DNA of 64,000 nucleotides from Eledone cirrhosa (taxonomy: Eukaryota), in the NCBI GenBank assembly GCA_964016885.1, contig OZ024741.1, forward strand, positions 20,088,001 through 20,152,000. Direction: 5' to 3'. The notes below the pieces were generated by a model, which made no database searches, was not told the DNA's origin, and saw only the letters and a program-made list of their open reading frames with translations. Shown one piece after another: positions 58,273 to 64,000 of this stretch (positions are counted from its first letter, which is position 1; every line of letters begins with the position of its first letter). Made by a program: the position numbers and the translations under genes.

Positions 58273-58798
58273 GATCTGATGCTGAGTTCACCATGTTGTC
58301 GACAGAGAAACTATCACTGTGTATCACCGTGTGTCACCGTGTGTCACCGTGTGTCACCGTGTGTCACCGTGTGTCACCGTGTGTCACCGTGTGTCACCGT
58401 GTGTCACCGTGTGTCACTGTGTGTCACCGTGTGATCTGATGCTGAGTTCACCATGTTGTCGACAGAGAAACTATCACTGTGTATCACCGTGTGTCACCGT
58501 GTGTCACCGTGTGTCACCGTGTGTCACCGTGTGTCACCATGTGTCACCGTGTGTCACTGTGTGTCACTGTGTGTCACCGTGTGTCACCGTGTGATATGAT
58601 GCTGAGTTCACCATGTTGTCGACAGAGAAACTATCACTGTGTGTCACCGTGTGTCACCGTGTGTCACTGTGTGTCACCGTGTGTCACCGTGTGTCACTGT
58701 GTGTCACTGTGTGTCACCGTGTGTCACCGTGTGTCACCGTGTGATCTGATGCTGAGTTCACCATGTTGTCAATAGAGAAACTATCACCGTGCGTCACA
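58273..58798. repeat. Two-level minisatellite: about 45-bp spacer plus (GTGTGTCACC)n array, 150-160-bp period, 3.3 copies
   Basis: GATCTGATGCTGAGTTCACCATGTTGTCGACAGAGAAACTATCAC at 58273, 58433, 58593, 58743. Confidence 0.92.
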
Positions 58799-59445
58799 TT
58801 TCAGATGAGAAGTTTAGCACCTCGAAACGGGAACTTACTATCTTCAACATGTTGGGGCTTTATTCACCAGATTGACGCTACATGTCGCTTCCTAGCTGAA
58901 AGGATCGCCACGTCGAAGATTGTTAGAAAGTTATGTATACTTTCCATTTGTTTTATATTTATTGCAGATTCAATAAACAAGCTTTCAAGACAAGCCTTAA
59001 AAATGCTTTGAACACAGAGATGTATATTTTCTCTCATAATCATATCTATTTAATATAACATTACCAATCCTCTTAATTAGATTCAATAAAACAGTCGAGC
59101 GAATTAGAAACAGAAGACAATACAGACCAGCGTTACAAATTTTCTCCTCTATTTGTTATCTCTAATAAACAGAGAGAATAAGTTCTGTTTATTGATTCCT
59201 CATATAGAATGCAATGGAAACCATTTGTTTGTGTTTGTAGAAACATTAAATTAATCAATCCTGAATAAGTTTGTTTCAGATGAAAGACAAAATGACGGCA
59301 TTGTTGTAATGATATATTTTACCTCAATATAATGGAGACAGGGTTTACAACTGACGAAGGAGATTAGCAAAATCATTTACAATTCTTGAAATAAAAACAT
59401 TGTCACTACTTATTCTCAAAGGAAAGGCATATGCACTTAACCTTA

Positions 59446-59451
<6 letters not shown>

Positions 59452-59495
<44 letters not shown>

Positions 59496-59570
59496 TAATG
59501 TTAATATATATATATATATATATATATACACTAATGTTAATATATATATATATATATATATACACTAATG

Positions 59571-59613
<43 letters not shown>

Positions 59614-59650
59614 TAATGTTAATATATATATATATATATATACACTAATG

Positions 59651-59691
<41 letters not shown>

Positions 59692-59720
59692 TAATGTTAA
59701 TATATATATATATATATAAA

Positions 59721-59772
<52 letters not shown>

Positions 59773-59789
59773 ACAATAATGTTAATATA
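59452..59789. repeat. (TA)n array punctuated by CTAATGTTAA units
   Basis: About six CTAATGTTAA units separated by variable (TA)n. Confidence 0.9.
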
Positions 59790-60656
59790 CGAGGTGTGTC
59801 AGAAAAGTTCCAGGGCTGATGTCACAAAAAATTTATTTCAAACCCAAACTTCACACTAAGAGTTTTCTCCTTCAAAGTAATCCCCCTGGAGTATGTAACT
59901 GTAATCTTAGCTCTCTGCAGCGATCAAACTTTTTTCTTCATAATTTTATATACATGTCCTCTGTTTCAGGTGGTCAAGCAATGAGCACAGAGCAACGAAC
60001 AAACTTGAAGTTTCTGGTACGGTTGGGGAAAACTCCGTCAGAAGCACTGGGATTGCTGCAGCAAGTGTAGGGAGATGAGACAATGTCACGCTGACGTGTT
60101 TTTGAGTGGTGCAAGATGACCCCAGAAGCGGAAGGCCCTCAACAACCAGGACTGAGGTCAACGTTGAGCGCGTCAGGCAGATGATGCGTAGCGATCGTCG
60201 GCTGACTGTTCGACTGATGGCAAATGAGCTGGGCATGAATCGGGACAGCGTCTGGAAGATTCTCACTGAAGATTTGGACATGCGGAAAGTCTGCGCGAAG
60301 ATGGTGCCAGAACTGCTGAACGATGACCAGAAGGGTCGACGCATGCAAGTGTGCCAGGACATGCTCGAGCGTCTGAAACCGAACAAGACTTGCTAGGGAC
60401 AGTCATGGATCTTCGAGTACGATTCGAAGGGGACCCGTTTTGAAGACGCGGACGACATCAAAAGGCCGTGACGACGGAACTGCGGAGGATCCCGGAAGAA
60501 TCCTTCCAGGAGTGCATGCAAGCGTGGCAGAAAAGGATGGAAAAGTGCATTAGACTCCAGGGGGATTACTTTGAAGGAGAAAACTCTTAGTGTGAAGTTT
60601 GGGTTTGAAATAAATCTTTTATGACATCAGTCCTGGAACTTTTCTGACACACCTCG
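59790..60656 (+). mobile_element. Internally deleted Tc1/mariner (mariner-type) transposon with 103-bp TIRs and TA TSD; transposase pseudogene
   Basis: TIRs 59790-59892 / 60554-60656 (CGAGGTGTGTCAGAAAAGTTCCAGG...); MSTEQRTNLKFLVRLGKTPSE, DDPRSGRPST, RKVCAKMVPELL, KGTRFED..WQKRMEKCIRLQGDYFEG; catalytic core mostly missing, in-frame stops. Confidence 0.93.
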
Positions 60657-60710
<54 letters not shown>

Positions 60711-60713
<3 letters not shown>

Positions 60714-60902
60714 CGGGTCACTCTTGAGTGCTACTGGTAACATGTAACCCAGTACAACCTGTCGCATGGTCGGGTCGTCGGCGACTAAACCGGCAACCCC
60801 ACCAAATTTACTTGGTGAGGAGGGTGATTTTGGATACCCTGAAGGACAAAAAACAAAACCTGACAAAGGGCGGAAGAACTCATACGAGTCAACGGCCATC
60901 CA
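60711..60902 (+). repeat. Second copy of the RTE-5'UTR-like repeat (see 35757-35942)
   Basis: GTGCTACTGGTAACATGTA.CCCAGTACAACCTGTCG..GGCAACCCCACCAA..CTTGGTGAGGAGGGTGA is shared. Confidence 0.75.
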
Positions 60903-60956
60903 AAAGTGTGTAAATATGTATATACACATGTACATATGTATATGTATATGTGTATA

Positions 60957-60999
60957 GTCACTGAAGAGGTCACAGAATGTGTGACGAAAGAGCTTTGAC
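60957..60999 (+). ncRNA. Putative minimal type I hammerhead ribozyme
   Basis: Stem I GUCA/UGAC, CUGAAGA (60961-67), one extra G, 6-bp stem II GUCACA/UGUGAC, GAAA (60986-89), minimal stem III AGAGCU, triplet CUU. Confidence 0.65.
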
Positions 61000-61210
61000 A
61001 ATATATAAACAACCATCCGGTTATCTAACCAACCAACCAACCAGAAAATTACAATAAATTGAAGTGAAAACCAACAGGTGTGTGTATTTTTATTGGCATA
61101 ACCCACCCAAAGTATTACATGACCCAGCCAAAGTATAACAATATCTGTTTCAACACACGTTTTCAGATAAAAAATCTTGCAAAACAAATTTAAAAACGAA
61201 GTGAAGTGTG

Positions 61211-61274
<64 letters not shown>

Positions 61275-61450
61275 TATGTGTGTGTGTGTATAAACATAGG
61301 TGTGAGTGACAGTACGTGCAATGAACCAACAAGGGGATGTGGTAGATTTCGATGTTTCATTTTGATAAACATTAAACAGAAGAAATAAGAAAAAACAAGA
61401 AATCATAAAAATGTAAATCTGCCAATATATTATATTTATGTGTGTATGTG

Positions 61451-61573
<123 letters not shown>

Positions 61574-62439
61574 CAGAGAGAGAGAGAGAGAGGAGGAGAG
61601 GGGGAGAGTTAGTGTATATAATAAAGATAGACTTACAATAAATCAAAGTTATTCCCGTCTGGGAGATTTAAATATTTTTTTAATATATAATAGATATGTA
61701 AAGATGTGTTTGTGTGTATAAGAATATGTATTGTATAGTTTATAATGTTATATATGTAAATATACACTTATATACGTATGTATACACACACACACACATA
61801 TATATATAATATATTAAAGTGAAGTGAAAACCAACAGGTGCATGTGTTTTCATTAGAAATATGACCCTCCCAAAGTATAACTATATATATATATATATGG
61901 GTGGGGGCTATGTGTATCAGGGGCGAAGGGTCCGTGCATGCAACGCATGCAGTACATGCGTTATAGAATCTTGAGTTGATCAATTGCGTCGGTTGAAGCA
62001 ACCAGAATTTTGGCTGCTTACTAAAACGTATAGACACAAAAAAAGATAACACACACACGCATACACACACACACACGGCAGCTTTGGGGCAAGCAGAATT
62101 TTGACTGCTTACTAAATCGTAGACACATAAAAAGATAACACACACACACTAGATAACACTACATGCGGCTTTGACCGGGAGGGTCATTTAGAGGGAATTG
62201 GCGGGGGGGGGGGGGTAAGGCTGCACTGCGCCCCACTTTCCGCCATGGCGATTGGACTGCATGCCCTGCTTTCCAGGTTACCCTTCGCCACTGATGTGTA
62301 TGTGTCTGTGTCTGTGTGTATTTCTCTCATTATCTGGCTTTCTGTTTGAACACATGCGCACAGTTCAGCTTCCGTTACCATTTTAGGTGATGTTAGGTTT
62401 CATCTATTTAGATCATCGCCATCATCTACAACCAAGAAA

Positions 62440-63100
62440 AAAATGTTAATGAGTTGTTTTGAGAAAATTTTTTGAAAAATTTTAATTGATATTTTGATGA
62501 AACTTTTGATAAAAGTTTTTGGAGAATTCTAATGTTTTGGGGGGGGGGCGAGGGGGGGTATATTTAAAGCAATTTTTGAGAAAAAGATTTTAATTTTTGA
62601 GAAAAAGATTTTGATGAAAATTTTAAATAAATTTTTGATAAAATTTTCGGAAAATTTTGTGGAAAATGTTTGATAAACATTTTCACGAGATGCTTAATGA
62701 AATTTTTAAAATATGTTTACAAAATTTATCATAAATTTCTGATGAAAAATGTTTGATGAAATTTTTAATGAGATTCCTTAGGAAATCTTAGAAAATTTTT
62801 ACGAAATTCTTGAAGAAATTTTAGGAAATTTTTTAATGATTTTTTTTTGTGTATGTGGGGCGGGCTAGTCTTGATGAAATATGGAACTTCATATATTGGT
62901 AATATTTTTTATGAATTTTTAGGAAAATCTTCGAGGAAATATTAAAGAAAATGTTTGAGAAAATTTTTATATTTTAGATGAAGTGTTTTGAAAACATTTT
63001 AACAAAATGTTTTAATGGAACTTAGATAAATTGGGGAAGAAATTTTTATTTTAGAAAAGTTTGACAAAACTTTTGAAGAAATTTTAGGGAAAATTAAGAC
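62440..63100. repeat. AT-rich low-complexity tract built from GAAAATTTTT-like units
   Basis: Repeated A-run/T-run alternations. Confidence 0.75.
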
Positions 63101-63214
63101 AGAAGCCAGGTTGTTGTTGAAAAATGCGCGTGTCGGCAGTATGTGCAGTCCCTGTTGGGGAGGGGAGACTGTTTGTTGTGGTTCTCTCTGACTTACTCTC
63201 GGTTGTACAGACAA

Positions 63215-63380
63215 CCACTCACCCTAGTTTTGCTGACAATACAAATGTAGTTCATGGAATTAAGAGTCATGTTGATTCTGTTAATTATACTCTCCTACAG
63301 CCAGATTTAGATGTGATATATCAATGGGCTGAACACATCAGGCAATTAATGCCGGAAAATGTTCAAGCCTTCCGATATAA
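63215..63380 (+). pseudogene. CR1/L2-like reverse transcriptase fragment
   Basis: SFADNTNVVHGIKS..LLQPDLDVIYQWAE resembles FADDTK..LQ.DL..I..WA. Confidence 0.6.
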
Positions 63381-63736
63381 ACCCGCTAATACACACACAC
63401 GACAAAAAAGATAATTTAAGCCAGGAGAGGTTACAATGTAAATAAATACACACGTGCAGACAGACAAACATTTTTACATACACTTATACATATAGACAAG
63501 TATATATATATATACACTCATACAGACAGAGGCAAGCATATATACCTAGAAACAAAACCACACATACATACATACATACACACATACACACTTACTTACA
63601 TACATATATAATGGCGACCGTTGTGGTCAGTGTCCGATAATCGGACGTGTGTAATTACGGCTTACATGAAGGCAACATACCATATATTGGAAAAAGTTGA
63701 GCTACATTACGCGGTAAGATTACATACAATAATTCT

Positions 63737-64000
63737 ACATAAGTGTTTGAACTGAAAGTGTGTTGTAAAACACCTATTTATATGAACGATACATACACTT
63801 ATGATATATGAACAATACATACACTTTTAACATATAAATGCAACGTTGTTATATTACATTTCTAAAGAAATATACAAGTAACGTTTTCGATTCAGAAACA
63901 AAAACATAAGTGTTTGAACTGTGAATATGTTGTGAATAAGTTGTAGAACACCTATTTATATGAATGATACATAAACTTTAACATATAAATACAGCGTTGT
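63737..64000. repeat. Diverged tandem duplication, about 170-bp period
   Basis: CATAAGTGTTTGAACTG..AACACCTATTTATATGAA..CTTTTAACATATAAAT at about 63738 and 63905. Confidence 0.75.

Noticed and set aside
58273-58798. Repeat-spacer pattern resembling a CRISPR array (also 45837-46111 and 59452-59789)
   Set aside because: The spacers are themselves repeats, not unique; no cas genes; eukaryotic context
59351-59404. CUGACGA..GAAA hammerhead-like motif (similar weak cases near 34736 and 58802)
   Set aside because: No valid stem III or NUH triplet, or a mutated core; cannot be distinguished from chance

Overview
Eukaryotic, gene-poor and repeat-dominated DNA. The SINE types, LINE mix and microsatellite load suggest an invertebrate, plausibly a coleoid cephalopod such as Octopus (inference). 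Bases 1-30142 are one giant triplet-based satellite (ACC/ATC/ACT/GTC) with kb-scale internal duplications and a single apparent frameshift; the long ORFs in the ORF track come from it. Bases 30143-64000 are a patchwork of (TA)n/(TG)n/(TATG)n microsatellites and mobile-element remains: R4/Dong-type RLE LINE copies, RTE- and CR1-type LINE fragments, tRNA-derived SINEs with target-site duplications, two Penelope-like element (PLE) fragments, a Helitron-like 3' end and an internally deleted mariner with 103-bp TIRs. No host protein-coding gene is supported. The most notable signal is a set of type I hammerhead-ribozyme motifs (four well formed, several degenerate) in short modules embedded in microsatellites. 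One sits in a ~915-bp non-coding element with 190-bp direct terminal repeats and has an unusually large branched stem II (retrozyme or PLE pseudo-LTR-like). All motifs were read by eye; no searches or folding were run.
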